From Bacteroidota bacterium (GTDB lineage: Bacteria > Bacteroidota > Bacteroidia > AKYH767-A > OLB10): a DNA stretch of 64,000 nt. Made by a program: the position numbers and the translations under genes. The DNA lies in assembly GCA_046302815.1 (NCBI GenBank), contig JBKCHO010000145.1:1979-65978 (forward strand). The letters are read 5' to 3'. Shown in pieces: positions 1 to 10,500 of this stretch (position 1 is the first letter of the stretch; each line of letters starts with the position of its first letter). The notes under the pieces are model-generated. The model was not told where the DNA came from. It worked only from the letters and a program-made list of their open reading frames with translations, and made no database searches.

Positions 1-547
1 AAGCTTGGCGCAACTTCAAATCACCATGGATTTCGCGAAGCTTGTCATTGCAAATCACCAATAGGGTATCCACATTGTTTCGCATTTCCTCTACGCCCGC
101 ATCTGCTTGTGCTTTTCGTTTCTTCCCTTCAAAACCAAAAGGTATGGTAACAATTCCAACCGTTAGGATTCCCATTTCGCGAGCTATAGATGCAATGATT
201 GGAGCTGCTCCGGTACCAGTTCCACCGCCCATGCCTGCCGTGATGAACACCATTCTGGTTCCATGGCGAAGGATTTCTTTGATCTCGTCAATATTCTCCA
301 ACGCGGCTTTCCTACCAACTTCGGGCATGGCTCCTGCACCTAAACCTTGTGTCAATCCCGGACCCAGTTGAATCTTTACCGGAACAGGACTCTTCTCAAG
401 AGCCTGGTTGTCGGTATTGCAAATGATAAAATCGACACCTTTTATGCCGAGCTTAAACATATGGTTTACGGCATTGCTGCCTCCGCCACCCACGCCTATC
501 ACCTTGATGATGGATGGTCTTTCAGTTGGGATTTCAAATTGCATCAT
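1..547 (-). CDS. ftsZ: Cell division GTPase FtsZ (5' part; runs off window edge)
   Basis: Manual translation from ATG at 547: [30 protein letters not shown]...[11 protein letters not shown]...[13 protein letters not shown] (tubulin signature). Directly follows ftsA. Absent from the ORF track because there is no stop in the window. Confidence 0.98.
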   Translation of the reverse strand, partial: MMQFEIPTERPSIIKVIGVGGGGSNAVNHMFKLGIKGVDFIICNTDNQALEKSPVPVKIQLGPGLTQGLGAGAMPEVGRKAALENIDEIKEILRHGTRMVFITAGMGGGTGTGAAPIIASIAREMGILTVGIVTIPFGFEGKKRKAQADAGVEEMRNNVDTLLVICNDKLREIHGDLKLRQA

Positions 548-609
548 GTTTTTTGGGGGGTTATGGTTTAATATTTTTAATTAATATCAATGTTAAAGTT
601 TTTCATCAA

Positions 610-1917
610 TTATAGTTTCCGATCCTCGCCTTCATCCTTTATCATGTCCTTGCCCTTTTGGAAGAAAAAATCGAACCATGTTCCATGTCTTGGATTTTGT
701 CCGCCCTTGATAACCGTTTCAGGCTGCTGCACAACATCACCAAAAGCCGATTTGCTGGATATTTTTTCATGCTCAGCGATTCCTTGAAGCACCAAGCCTA
801 CCGCAGTTGCGTACATCGGACTCTTCACTTCATCGAATCCTTTTGCAAGGTGTTCATTCGGGTAACCGATTCTTGTATCCATACCGGTATGAAATTCCAT
901 CAATTGGGAAACATGTTTTAATTGTGATCCTCCTCCTGTGACCACAATCCCTGCGATCAATTTCTTTTCAAATCCAGAAGTTTTGATTTCATACGCAACG
1001 CACTCAATGATTTCCTCCATACGAGCCTGAATGATCTCCGCAAGTGTTTTCACAGATATCTCCTTGGGTTCTCTTCCTCTGAGTCCAGGAATGGAAACAA
1101 TTTCATTGGCCTTCATTTGCTTTGCCAAAGCTGATCCAAATTTCACCTTCAAAAGTTCGGCCTGACTGCGGATGATAGAGCAACCCTCTTTGATATCTTC
1201 TGTGATGACATTACCACCGAAAGGTATCACTGCGGTATGGCGAATAATACCATCTTGGAAAATGGCGACATCGGTTGTGCCACCGCCAATATCGACCAAC
1301 ACCACACCAGCTTCCTTCTCCTCTTCCGTAAGAACAGCTTCAGCTGAAGCTAGTGGCTCAAGTATCAAGTTGACAGCGGTCAATCCAGATTTTGAAACAC
1401 ATTTTTTAATGTTACTGGCCGCTGTAATCAATCCTGTAATGATATGGCAGTTAGCCTCCAGTCTGATACCTGACATGCCAACGGGTTCCTTTATACCTTG
1501 TTCATTATCGATGATGTACTCTTGTGGAATAACATGGATAATGGCTTGTCCGGGAGGTACAGCCAATCGATGCATATCTTGTACAATTGCATCAATGTCC
1601 TCATTACTGATTTCCTCATTCACATTAGATCGGGTAATCATTCCACGATGCTGAAGACTCTTTATATGCTGTCCTGCAATTCCAACATAAACCTCTCCGA
1701 TTTCCACATTTGCCTTGTTCTCGGCAATTTTAACTGCCTCCTTGATGGAATTTACGGTCTTGTCAATATTGGCAACGACTCCCCTCATCACTCCGAGAGA
1801 CTCCGATTTTCCCATACCGAGAATCTCGATTTTCCCATTTTCATTTTTTCTGCCCACAATGGCGCAGATCTTGGTCGTTCCAATATCAAGTCCAACAATT
1901 ATTGGTGAGTCATGCAT
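610..1917 (-). CDS. ftsA: Cell division protein FtsA
   Basis: VGLDIGTTKI, VLVDIGGGTTD and VTGGGSQL actin-like ATPase motifs; between ftsQ and ftsZ. Confidence 0.98.
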   Translation of the reverse strand: MHDSPIIVGLDIGTTKICAIVGRKNENGKIEILGMGKSESLGVMRGVVANIDKTVNSIKEAVKIAENKANVEIGEVYVGIAGQHIKSLQHRGMITRSNVNEEISNEDIDAIVQDMHRLAVPPGQAIIHVIPQEYIIDNEQGIKEPVGMSGIRLEANCHIITGLITAASNIKKCVSKSGLTAVNLILEPLASAEAVLTEEEKEAGVVLVDIGGGTTDVAIFQDGIIRHTAVIPFGGNVITEDIKEGCSIIRSQAELLKVKFGSALAKQMKANEIVSIPGLRGREPKEISVKTLAEIIQARMEEIIECVAYEIKTSGFEKKLIAGIVVTGGGSQLKHVSQLMEFHTGMDTRIGYPNEHLAKGFDEVKSPMYATAVGLVLQGIAEHEKISSKSAFGDVVQQPETVIKGGQNPRHGTWFDFFFQKGKDMIKDEGEDRKL

Positions 1918-1920
1918 GGC

Positions 1921-2757
1921 TTATATGTCTTTAGTTTTTGTTTCAGATTTCACGATTGGGTTTTTGGTACAAACGACTTGTCCCTTATATTTCAAATTAA
2001 TGGTGGAGTAGGATTGCCAACCATTTCGCACAGCACCCTCCTTATAAAAAATCATCAAGTTGTTTAATTTCTCTTTTAAATTTTCAGATGAACCTAAAAT
2101 AATTGTATGACTGCCCACTCTTGGAACCAGCTCCAAGTCAAAATTCGCATTGACATAAATTTGTTCTATTTGTGAATTCCAAAAATCATCTTTAATGATT
2201 AATTGGGCTACTTCATAAGCTTGTTTAAGTATAGGAGATGTGATGGTGTCGTTTGGCAATTGACTGGAAAAACGCAGGTTTTTCTGTTTAGGGCCATCGA
2301 AAATATATCCGGATACGACCGGAAATCTAGATGTAAACTCGGTTGTAGTTGGCATAAAGTCTCCGGACTCATCGACATAAAAATGCTCATTATCATAATT
2401 GATCACGCGAAGTACAGGGCTTCGTTGCCAAATGTCGATTCGGATGTGACCGTCGACTGTTGAGTAAACATTTGCTTCCACCACAAACGGATTGGACAAG
2501 CACTTTTTTTCCATTCTGACCATATCCAATGATGACATGGCTTTCCCAGATACTGATGCCGATTTTGACTTAAATAGCTCCTCGATATCCGACGATGTCA
2601 CAAAGTCAAATCCAGTTGTATCCATTATATGAACCTTAAGCCCCTTGCAAACGACCTCATCCTGTGATTTTTCTGCAAAGCCAACAGCGAAAACCAAAGC
2701 AAAAGCCAGAAAACACCATCCTGTTCTTGATATGAATCTCTTGCTAATCTTGATCAT
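1921..2757 (-). CDS. ftsQ: Cell division protein FtsQ/DivIB
   Basis: N-terminal TM segment, POTRA-like region, QRSPVLRV and INLKYKGQVVCTK motifs typical of Bacteroidota FtsQ; dcw position. Confidence 0.9.
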   Translation of the reverse strand: MIKISKRFISRTGWCFLAFALVFAVGFAEKSQDEVVCKGLKVHIMDTTGFDFVTSSDIEELFKSKSASVSGKAMSSLDMVRMEKKCLSNPFVVEANVYSTVDGHIRIDIWQRSPVLRVINYDNEHFYVDESGDFMPTTTEFTSRFPVVSGYIFDGPKQKNLRFSSQLPNDTITSPILKQAYEVAQLIIKDDFWNSQIEQIYVNANFDLELVPRVGSHTIILGSSENLKEKLNNLMIFYKEGAVRNGWQSYSTINLKYKGQVVCTKNPIVKSETKTKDI

Positions 2758-4166
2758 ACGCTTTGTGGGTTTAAATGGTTTTTATTGCGGACAGATTCGA
2801 CAATGCCAACAACCAAGGCATCGATATCTCCAGCTCCCAATATCAAGACAACATCTGATTCAGATTGAGAAACATATTTGAAAAGCTGATCCTTTTGAAG
2901 CAACACCTTAGTATGTGCAGTTACCATATTCAAAATCATTTGCGAAGAAACGCCCGGTATTGGCAATTCCCTTGCAGGATAGATATCCAATAAAACCAAG
3001 GCATCCAATAAGGATAGGCTCTTGGCAAATCCTTCGGCAAAGTCCCTGGTTCTTGAATAAAGATGTGGCTGGAAAATACCAAGTATGTTTTTGTTGGGAT
3101 ATAACTCACGAACCGTATTAATTGCGGCAGTCAATTCTGTTGGATGATGGGCATAGTCATCGATTACAACTTTTCCATGCTCTCGCAATCTGTATTCGAA
3201 CCTCCTATGTACGCCTTTGAAAGATGCCAACCCCACTCTGATATCATCTGGAGTCAATCCTTCTTTGAGACATACAATACATGCAACTAAAGCGTTTTCT
3301 ACATTATGGCGTCCTGGACAATACAAAACCATATCCCTCATTTCAAGCCCTTGGCCAAGAATATCAAAAACATATGCCCCATTATCTATCCGTATGTTAG
3401 ATACGCAGTAATCTCCCTGACCAAAAGCAGAATATGAATATGAATTGTTTGCCGTATGCTTCAAACCACTTCCCGCTTTGAAATACAACGACCCTCCAGG
3501 CTTAAGGCGGTTGGCAAATTCGGAGTAGCACTCCACCATGTTATCGTGATTGCCATAAATATCCAAATGATCCGGATCCAAGGATGTTACAACAGATACA
3601 TCCGGGTTGAGCTGTAAAAAAGACTTATCATATTCATCAGCTTCAGCAACCATGACTTCATCAATGCCAGATGGAGAAACCAATAGGTTGGTTTGATAAT
3701 TAGATGATATGCCACCTAAGAAAGCCGTCACATTCTTTCCCGAGTGCTTCAATATATGGGCTATGATGGTGGAGGTAGTAGTCTTTCCATGAGTTCCAGC
3801 AACCGCAATTGTCCTGGTTCCGGATGTTACTGCACCAAGTACTTCAGAACGCTTCCATAATCTGACTCCTTTGTCCTTCAAAAAATTCAATTCACAATGA
3901 TCTTTAGGAATGGCTGGCGTATAAATCACAATGACATCATCATTTATAACATCTGATTGAAGCCAATTGGGCAGTGATGAAGGATTATCAAAATATGAAA
4001 CCGATATACCCTCTTGCACCAACTCTTTGGTAAGTTGCGTTTCGGTCTTGTCATACCCCTTGACCTCAACACCCTTCCCATGGAAGTAACGGGCAAGTGC
4101 ACTCATACCTATCCCCCCGATCCCGAGGAAGTATGCCTTGGCAATATGATCAAGTGTGTTGTTCAC
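2754..4166 (-). CDS. murC: UDP-N-acetylmuramate--L-alanine ligase
   Basis: GIGGIGMSALA, AGTHGKTTTS, EADEYD, DDYAHHPTE, FQPHLYSRT; GTG start. Confidence 0.98.
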   Translation of the reverse strand: MNNTLDHIAKAYFLGIGGIGMSALARYFHGKGVEVKGYDKTETQLTKELVQEGISVSYFDNPSSLPNWLQSDVINDDVIVIYTPAIPKDHCELNFLKDKGVRLWKRSEVLGAVTSGTRTIAVAGTHGKTTTSTIIAHILKHSGKNVTAFLGGISSNYQTNLLVSPSGIDEVMVAEADEYDKSFLQLNPDVSVVTSLDPDHLDIYGNHDNMVECYSEFANRLKPGGSLYFKAGSGLKHTANNSYSYSAFGQGDYCVSNIRIDNGAYVFDILGQGLEMRDMVLYCPGRHNVENALVACIVCLKEGLTPDDIRVGLASFKGVHRRFEYRLREHGKVVIDDYAHHPTELTAAINTVRELYPNKNILGIFQPHLYSRTRDFAEGFAKSLSLLDALVLLDIYPARELPIPGVSSQMILNMVTAHTKVLLQKDQLFKYVSQSESDVVLILGAGDIDALVVGIVESVRNKNHLNPQSV

Positions 4167-4169
4167 CCT

Positions 4170-5285
4170 TTATTTTGAATTCAATTTTTCCAATGCCATA
4201 TCATAAACTTTGCGTGCAATTTTATCAGCAGCATCTGTTACTGCACCCTTCGACATATTTGTTGCCAATTCGTGCATCAAATCACGATTAGTTACCACCT
4301 CAATTGCTTTATCGACCAATTGCATAGCTGCATCTGAATCCTTGACCAGAATGGCAGCCTTTTTTGATACCATAGACAAACAGTTGTGTGTTTGATGATC
4401 TTCTGCGGCGGTGGGCAATGGCACCATGATTGCAGGCTTTCCCACAACACACAACTCAGAAACAGTGCTTGCGCCAGCCCTTGAAACCACCAAATCTGCA
4501 GCGGCATAAGCTAGATCCATTCGGGCTATGAAATCGAAGGCATGAATGCCATTGGTAGTTGAAGTTGCTTGTAAAGCCTCAGGATGAAATTGCTTACCAC
4601 ACTGCCAAAGCACTTGAATATTCGACTCCTTGAATTTGGCAAACCCTTTCATAATTGCGTGGTTAATGGATCGTGCGCCTTGACTTCCTCCAATCACCAA
4701 TACTACGGGCTTATTATTTTCGAGTCCGAAAAAGCGAAATGCCTCTTCTCTTTTCCCTGCAATGTCAACCATTTCTTTTCGAACAGGGTTTCCTGTAAAA
4801 ACCGTTTTATTAGATGGAAAATATTTTTCCATATTATCATAACCAGTACAAATCAACTGCGCCTTGCCGGCCAACAACTTGTTCGTAATACCCGGATACG
4901 AGTTCTGTTCTTGTATGACTGTAGAAATTCCCAACCTACTTGCAGCCCATAACAATGGCCCACTGGCATAGCCACCAACTCCAACTGCAACTTGCGGTTT
5001 AAATCTCTTAACGATACGAGCCGCTTTCAACAGACTTGCCATCAATTTGAATGGAAAAGCAAGATTCGACAGGCTCAAGCTGCGTTTGATGCCAGAAATA
5101 TCCAAACCTACGATATCAAATCCTGCAGCAGGAACCTTTTCCATTTCCATCCGACCGTTTGCACCTACGAATAGCAACTTAATTTGAGGGTCGATTGACC
5201 TAAGCCCATTTGCAATAGCAATTGCCGGGAAAATATGTCCACCCGTTCCTCCGCCGCTAATGATTACTTTAACTTCAGCCTTCAA
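4170..5285 (-). CDS. murG: Undecaprenyl-PP-MurNAc-pentapeptide GlcNAc transferase
   Basis: SGGGTGGHIFP, GGYASGP, QEQNS, GGSQGA, SRAGAST. Start is uncertain: TTG at 5285 is preferred, the ORF track extends to 5315. Confidence 0.97.
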   Translation of the reverse strand: MKAEVKVIISGGGTGGHIFPAIAIANGLRSIDPQIKLLFVGANGRMEMEKVPAAGFDIVGLDISGIKRSLSLSNLAFPFKLMASLLKAARIVKRFKPQVAVGVGGYASGPLLWAASRLGISTVIQEQNSYPGITNKLLAGKAQLICTGYDNMEKYFPSNKTVFTGNPVRKEMVDIAGKREEAFRFFGLENNKPVVLVIGGSQGARSINHAIMKGFAKFKESNIQVLWQCGKQFHPEALQATSTTNGIHAFDFIARMDLAYAAADLVVSRAGASTVSELCVVGKPAIMVPLPTAAEDHQTHNCLSMVSKKAAILVKDSDAAMQLVDKAIEVVTNRDLMHELATNMSKGAVTDAADKIARKVYDMALEKLNSK

Positions 5286-6429
5286 CCCTTTGCAAACCTC
5301 CTTCCTCCTCAACATCTCTGCTGACGCTGAGTATTATTCCTATGGCTATACTGGTAAACCAAATGGATGTGCCACCCATACTTAGCAGGGGCAAAGGTTG
5401 TCCTGTGACCGGAAACAGTCCTACGGTCACTGCCATATTGATCATGGCTTGAAATGAAAGGCTGAAACCACAGCCAATTGCTGCGAAGGTGGCGAATGCT
5501 CGCGGTGAATTTCGGGCAATACGAACCGATCTAAAGAACAACACCAGATACAATATGACCACCAAAGCTCCTCCCATCAATCCGTATTCCTCTACGATTA
5601 TTGCATAAATAAAGTCGGAGTATGGGTGTGGCAGAAAATTCCTTTGAGTACTGTTGCCAGGTCCTGCACCCAATAATCCTCCCTTGGCAATGGCTATGTT
5701 TGCTTGTTGCGATTGATAATTGTCCGATCCTCCGCCTTTTCCCGTATAGGTTTCCATACGCGCTACCCAAGTTGGTACCCTATTGTCCCATTTGAACAAA
5801 AGCGACATCCCAATAAAAAGACCCAAAAACACCACTCCGATAGCAATCAGCGTCATTATATATTTGAAGCTGATACGACCGACTATCATAAGAATAATAC
5901 AAGTTGCGAAAAGAACAGCGGCTGTTGAGAAATTCGCAGGCAGAATCAAGCCGCAAGTCACTAAAACCGGGAGCATGATAGGAACAAAAGCCGACTTAAA
6001 GTCCTTAATGTTATCCTGTCGGATCGATAATGCTCTTGCGACAAATAAAATGAGCGCAAGCTTGGCCATATCCGAGGTCTGGAACGACATATTGATAATA
6101 GGTAATGTAAGCCATCTGCTAGCCTCATTCAGATTTGTTCCCAGAATTAAAGTCAGAAGCAGCAATGGTATTGCTATAGCAATGACAAAATTTGCAAACC
6201 GAGCATACAATGTGTATTTCAGAGAGTGTGCAAAATACATCAGTCCGAAACCGAAAAACAGAATAAAAATGTGTTTCAATAAATAATATTCCGTGTTGCC
6301 ATCCTGATATTTATACGCAAGTGTTCCGGTTGAACTGTATACGGCCAAAATGGAAAAGACAGAAAGCAGCATGACCACTATCCAGATCACTCTGTCTCCC
6401 ATGAAATATTTTTCCAGCCAGGAATTCAT
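5275..6429 (-). CDS. ftsW: SEDS peptidoglycan polymerase FtsW
   Basis: Multi-TM protein with ASRWL, SFQTSD, LPHPYSDFIYAII, PVTGQPLPLLSMGGTS. Confidence 0.96.
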   Translation of the reverse strand: MNSWLEKYFMGDRVIWIVVMLLSVFSILAVYSSTGTLAYKYQDGNTEYYLLKHIFILFFGFGLMYFAHSLKYTLYARFANFVIAIAIPLLLLTLILGTNLNEASRWLTLPIINMSFQTSDMAKLALILFVARALSIRQDNIKDFKSAFVPIMLPVLVTCGLILPANFSTAAVLFATCIILMIVGRISFKYIMTLIAIGVVFLGLFIGMSLLFKWDNRVPTWVARMETYTGKGGGSDNYQSQQANIAIAKGGLLGAGPGNSTQRNFLPHPYSDFIYAIIVEEYGLMGGALVVILYLVLFFRSVRIARNSPRAFATFAAIGCGFSLSFQAMINMAVTVGLFPVTGQPLPLLSMGGTSIWFTSIAIGIILSVSRDVEEEGGLQRVEG

Positions 6430-6447
6430 TCCTTTATCCTTTTGTTG

Positions 6448-7785
6448 TTAAAGCGCCTTAACAGCTGATTTGAACTGCCAACCCCTGTCCTCGTAATTTT
6501 TGAATAGGTCGAAGCTTGCACATGCCGGAGACAGTAATACTACATCTCCTTTGCGACCTTTTTCATAAGAGGCCTTAACCGCATCCGTAGCTGATTCGGT
6601 ATCTGATATGTCAGTAACGATATCGCCGAAAGCCTCATGGATTTTTTTGTTGTCTTTTCCCATGCATACAATAGCCTTAACCTTTGATTGAACCAGCTCT
6701 CGTAATGTTTCGTAATCGTTTCCTTTATCAACTCCTCCTACAATCCAAATCACCGGCTTTTGCATGCATTCCAATGCATACCAAGCCGAGTTTACATTGG
6801 TAGCCTTCGAATCATTTATAAATTCGATGCCATGAACAGTCATCACATGCTCCAGTCGATGTTCCGCATTTTTAAAATCGGAAAAACTTTCCCTTACAAC
6901 ATCCTTGCGGATGTCTAGGATCCTGGCTGCAATTCCTGCTGCCATGGTGTTGTAGAGGTTGTGTTTCCCCTGAAGTGCTAGGTTGTAGATGGACATATCG
7001 GTGATTTGGTTTTTTGTGTTTATGATCAGGTTGTTATTATCGATGTATGCGGCCATTCCTTCGGATTCATGTATGGAAAAGGGATAGCTATGCGGAGTAA
7101 TGGTTCTACTAGTGACTTCTTTTCTCAATAATGGATCATCAGCGCAATAAACAAATGCATCTTCTGGCCTTTGATTATTGATGATGCGGAATTTGGAATC
7201 AACATACTTGGACATGTCATAGTCATAACGATCCAAATGATCTGGAGTAATGTTGAGTAAAACGGAAATGTCGGCCCTGAATGAATGCATTCCATCGAGC
7301 TGAAAACTACTGAGCTCAATAACATAATGATCATGTTCAGCCTCGGCCACTTGCATGGCAAAACTTTTGCCAACATTGCCAGCTAGGCCTACATTCAAGC
7401 CAGCTTTCTGAAGGATATGGTAGGTTAATAGAGTTGTTGTGGTTTTGCCATTTGTTCCTGTGATACAAATCCTGTGTGCATCGGTGTATCTCCCGGCAAA
7501 CTCTATTTCTGAAATAACTGGAACTCCGTTTTCCAAAAAACTCTTAACAACCGGAGCTTTATCTGGAATTCCCGGGCTTTTAATCACCTCAGTTGCATTT
7601 TGCATTCCATTATTGGAGTGTCCACCTTCTTCAAAAGGGATATTGCGCCTAATCAACTCATCCCTGAAAGTCTCCTTTATTTTTCCACTGTCGGACACCA
7701 ACACCTCGAAGCCTTGCTTCAAAGCGAGCACAGCAGAACCTAATCCACTTTCTCCAGCACCCAGTATGACTATTTTGCCCGACAT
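6448..7785 (-). CDS. murD: UDP-MurNAc-L-Ala--D-glutamate ligase
   Basis: [47 protein letters not shown]. Confidence 0.98.
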   Translation of the reverse strand: MSGKIVILGAGESGLGSAVLALKQGFEVLVSDSGKIKETFRDELIRRNIPFEEGGHSNNGMQNATEVIKSPGIPDKAPVVKSFLENGVPVISEIEFAGRYTDAHRICITGTNGKTTTTLLTYHILQKAGLNVGLAGNVGKSFAMQVAEAEHDHYVIELSSFQLDGMHSFRADISVLLNITPDHLDRYDYDMSKYVDSKFRIINNQRPEDAFVYCADDPLLRKEVTSRTITPHSYPFSIHESEGMAAYIDNNNLIINTKNQITDMSIYNLALQGKHNLYNTMAAGIAARILDIRKDVVRESFSDFKNAEHRLEHVMTVHGIEFINDSKATNVNSAWYALECMQKPVIWIVGGVDKGNDYETLRELVQSKVKAIVCMGKDNKKIHEAFGDIVTDISDTESATDAVKASYEKGRKGDVVLLSPACASFDLFKNYEDRGWQFKSAVKAL

Positions 7786-7795
7786 CTTAATTTAC

Positions 7796-9037
7796 TTAGC
7801 GAAGCTTCAAGGTTACTATACTTAGAACCGCCAACATGATTCCAACAATCCAGAACCGAGTGACTATTTTGGATTCATGATATCCCAGTTTCTGATAATG
7901 ATGGTGTAACGGGGACATTTTGAATATCCGCCTACCTTCACCGAATTTGCGTTTTGTGTATTTGAAATAGCTTACCTGCATCATCACCGAAAGATTTTCC
8001 ACAAGGAAAATCCCACAAATCACAGGTATCATCAATTCCTTTCGTATGGCGATGGCAAATACAGCTATGATTCCGCCTAGAGCAAGACTGCCCGTGTCTC
8101 CCATAAATACTTGAGCAGGATATGCGTTGAACCACAGAAAGCCTACACATGCACCTACGAATGCGCTCATGAAGACCATCAACTCTCCTGTTTCCGGTAT
8201 ATACATGATGTTGAGATAATCTGAAAAAATGGTGTTGCCTGAAACATAGGCAAAGACCGCAAGGGTTACTCCGATGATAGCAGATGTACCCGTAGCCAAG
8301 CCATCAATCCCATCGGTAATGTTGGCACCGTTCGATACTGCGGTCACAATAAGAATTACAACAAGAATGAAAATAACCCATACATAGCGCCCACTTTCAT
8401 CTCCAAACAAGGAGGATATCATCCGATAGTCGAATTCATTATCCTTGAAAAACGGAATGGTTGTTTTAGTCGACTTGGTATCAAAGTTTCCTGAGGCTTC
8501 AGATCGGTTTTCTGTGATTGAAACCGATACAACGACATTATCTTGTTTGACGCTGTTCTGACGAACCACCACATCATCATGAAAGTATAGCACAGAACCT
8601 ACAATAAGTCCCAAGCCAACTTGTCCGATAATTTTAAATCGACCGGCTAATCCCTCTTTATCCTTTTTGAAAACCTTTATGTAATCATCCAAAAAGCCGA
8701 TTACTCCAAGCCAAACGGTAGAAACAATCATCAAGATGACATAAATATTATCCAACCTAGCCAGTAAAAATGTTGGAATAAGAATGGCAGACAAGATGAT
8801 TAAACCGCCCATAGTGGGTGTACCTTTTTTCTGCGCTTGTCCATCCAAACCCAGATCCCTGATAGTCTCACCCACCTGTTTCTTCAGAAGCAAACGAATG
8901 ATAGGCTTTCCGAGGAAAAGGGTAATGAACAATGAAATGATGATAGCCATTGCCGCCCGGAAGGAAATAAATCGGAAAACTCCGGCTCCGGGTATATCCC
9001 AGACACGATCTAAATATTCAAAGAGATAATACAACAT
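7796..9037 (-). CDS. mraY: Phospho-MurNAc-pentapeptide transferase
   Basis: [40 protein letters not shown]. Confidence 0.98.
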   Translation of the reverse strand: MLYYLFEYLDRVWDIPGAGVFRFISFRAAMAIIISLFITLFLGKPIIRLLLKKQVGETIRDLGLDGQAQKKGTPTMGGLIILSAILIPTFLLARLDNIYVILMIVSTVWLGVIGFLDDYIKVFKKDKEGLAGRFKIIGQVGLGLIVGSVLYFHDDVVVRQNSVKQDNVVVSVSITENRSEASGNFDTKSTKTTIPFFKDNEFDYRMISSLFGDESGRYVWVIFILVVILIVTAVSNGANITDGIDGLATGTSAIIGVTLAVFAYVSGNTIFSDYLNIMYIPETGELMVFMSAFVGACVGFLWFNAYPAQVFMGDTGSLALGGIIAVFAIAIRKELMIPVICGIFLVENLSVMMQVSYFKYTKRKFGEGRRIFKMSPLHHHYQKLGYHESKIVTRFWIVGIMLAVLSIVTLKLR

Positions 9038-10500
9038 CAGCTTTCGAAAATCTTAAACGAGTCCACTAACACTTGTCTATCATCAAAAGGGTATTTGACT
9101 CCGTTTACCTCTTGATATTTTTCATGCCCCTTACCTGCAACGAGAATGATATCACCAGATGATGCCAAACTGCAAGCCAATCGAAGCGCCTCTTTTCTAT
9201 CGGAAACAGCCACAGCTTTGCGGAAATTTGATGGAGCCACACCAGATCTTATCTCTTCTATAATTGTTTCTGGATTTTCCGAGCGTGGATTGTCTGATGT
9301 GAAAATCACCTTATCGCTAAGTTCAGTTGCAATACGACCCATTACCGGTCTCTTCGACTTATCCCTATCTCCTCCACATCCTACTACGGTAATGACGGTC
9401 TCATTGCCGGTGCGCAAATCTTTAATAGTATTGAGCACATTCATCAGGGCATCGGGCGTATGGGCATAATCCACTATGCCTGTTACATTGTTACTAGATA
9501 TGACATAGTCGAAGCGACCCTCCACCGATTCCAAGTTGCTTAACGCGGTTAGAACCGATAACTTATCCTGTCCGAGCATCACAGCAACTGCATAAACAGC
9601 AGTTATATTATAGGCATTGAAGGATCCGATAAGGCGACAAAGCACCTCTTGGCCGTCTATTCCCAGCATCAAACCACCAAATGTGTTTTCAATGATCCTA
9701 CACTTGAAATCTGCCATTCCCTTCAATCCATATGAACGGATTTTTGCTCTGCAATTCTGGACCATAACACCTCCGTTCCGATCATCCATATTGTAAAGAG
9801 CAAACGCTTCGGAGCCGAGCATATCGAAAAATCCTTTCTTAGCTCTGATATATTCATCAAATGTCTTGTGGTAATCCAAGTGGTCGTGTGTGATGTTGGT
9901 GAATACACCCCCAGCGAACTGTATGCCGGCAACCCTGTGCTGAACTACGGCATGCGAACTAACCTCCATGAAACAATACTCGCAACCGTCATCGACCATC
10001 ATTGATAAAAGTCGGTTCAAACGGATTGGGTCAGGAGTAGTATGTGTTGAAGGAATTACCTGCTGATTGACTCGGTTCTCGACCGTCGATATCAGTCCGC
10101 AAGGAAAACCAAGTTCCATGAAAAGCCTGTACAGAAGTGTGACAGATGTTGTTTTGCCGTTTGTGCCAGTAACGCCGACCAACTTCAATTTAGATGATGG
10201 ATCATCATAATAATTAGAAGCAATGTAGGCTAATGCAATAGAAGTATCAGCAACCTTGGCATAGGTGACTCCTTCCTCCAATCTTTCCGGCAAGCTTTCA
10301 CAAACTACTGCCTTAGCGCCGGATTGGACCGCCTGATTAATAAACGAATGGCCATCAACACGAGTACCTCTAACCGCAACAAACAAATCTCCCGAAGAGA
10401 CTTCATTAGAATTGAAAGTAACCGTATTAATGTCGATGGATGTGTCGCCCACCACCTCCAACAGTCCAGACTTATATAGTACTTCTTTAAGCTGCCTCAT
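9037..10500 (-). CDS. murE: UDP-MurNAc-tripeptide synthetase (DAP-type DNPR motif)
   Basis: [36 protein letters not shown]. Confidence 0.98.
   Translation of the reverse strand: MRQLKEVLYKSGLLEVVGDTSIDINTVTFNSNEVSSGDLFVAVRGTRVDGHSFINQAVQSGAKAVVCESLPERLEEGVTYAKVADTSIALAYIASNYYDDPSSKLKLVGVTGTNGKTTSVTLLYRLFMELGFPCGLISTVENRVNQQVIPSTHTTPDPIRLNRLLSMMVDDGCEYCFMEVSSHAVVQHRVAGIQFAGGVFTNITHDHLDYHKTFDEYIRAKKGFFDMLGSEAFALYNMDDRNGGVMVQNCRAKIRSYGLKGMADFKCRIIENTFGGLMLGIDGQEVLCRLIGSFNAYNITAVYAVAVMLGQDKLSVLTALSNLESVEGRFDYVISSNNVTGIVDYAHTPDALMNVLNTIKDLRTGNETVITVVGCGGDRDKSKRPVMGRIATELSDKVIFTSDNPRSENPETIIEEIRSGVAPSNFRKAVAVSDRKEALRLACSLASSGDIILVAGKGHEKYQEVNGVKYPFDDRQVLVDSFKIFES

Noticed and set aside
1-10. Window begins AAGCTTGGCG, resembling a HindIII/pUC polylinker end
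   Set aside because: The sequence is in frame with ftsZ on the minus strand (...LKLRQA) and does not continue as vector.
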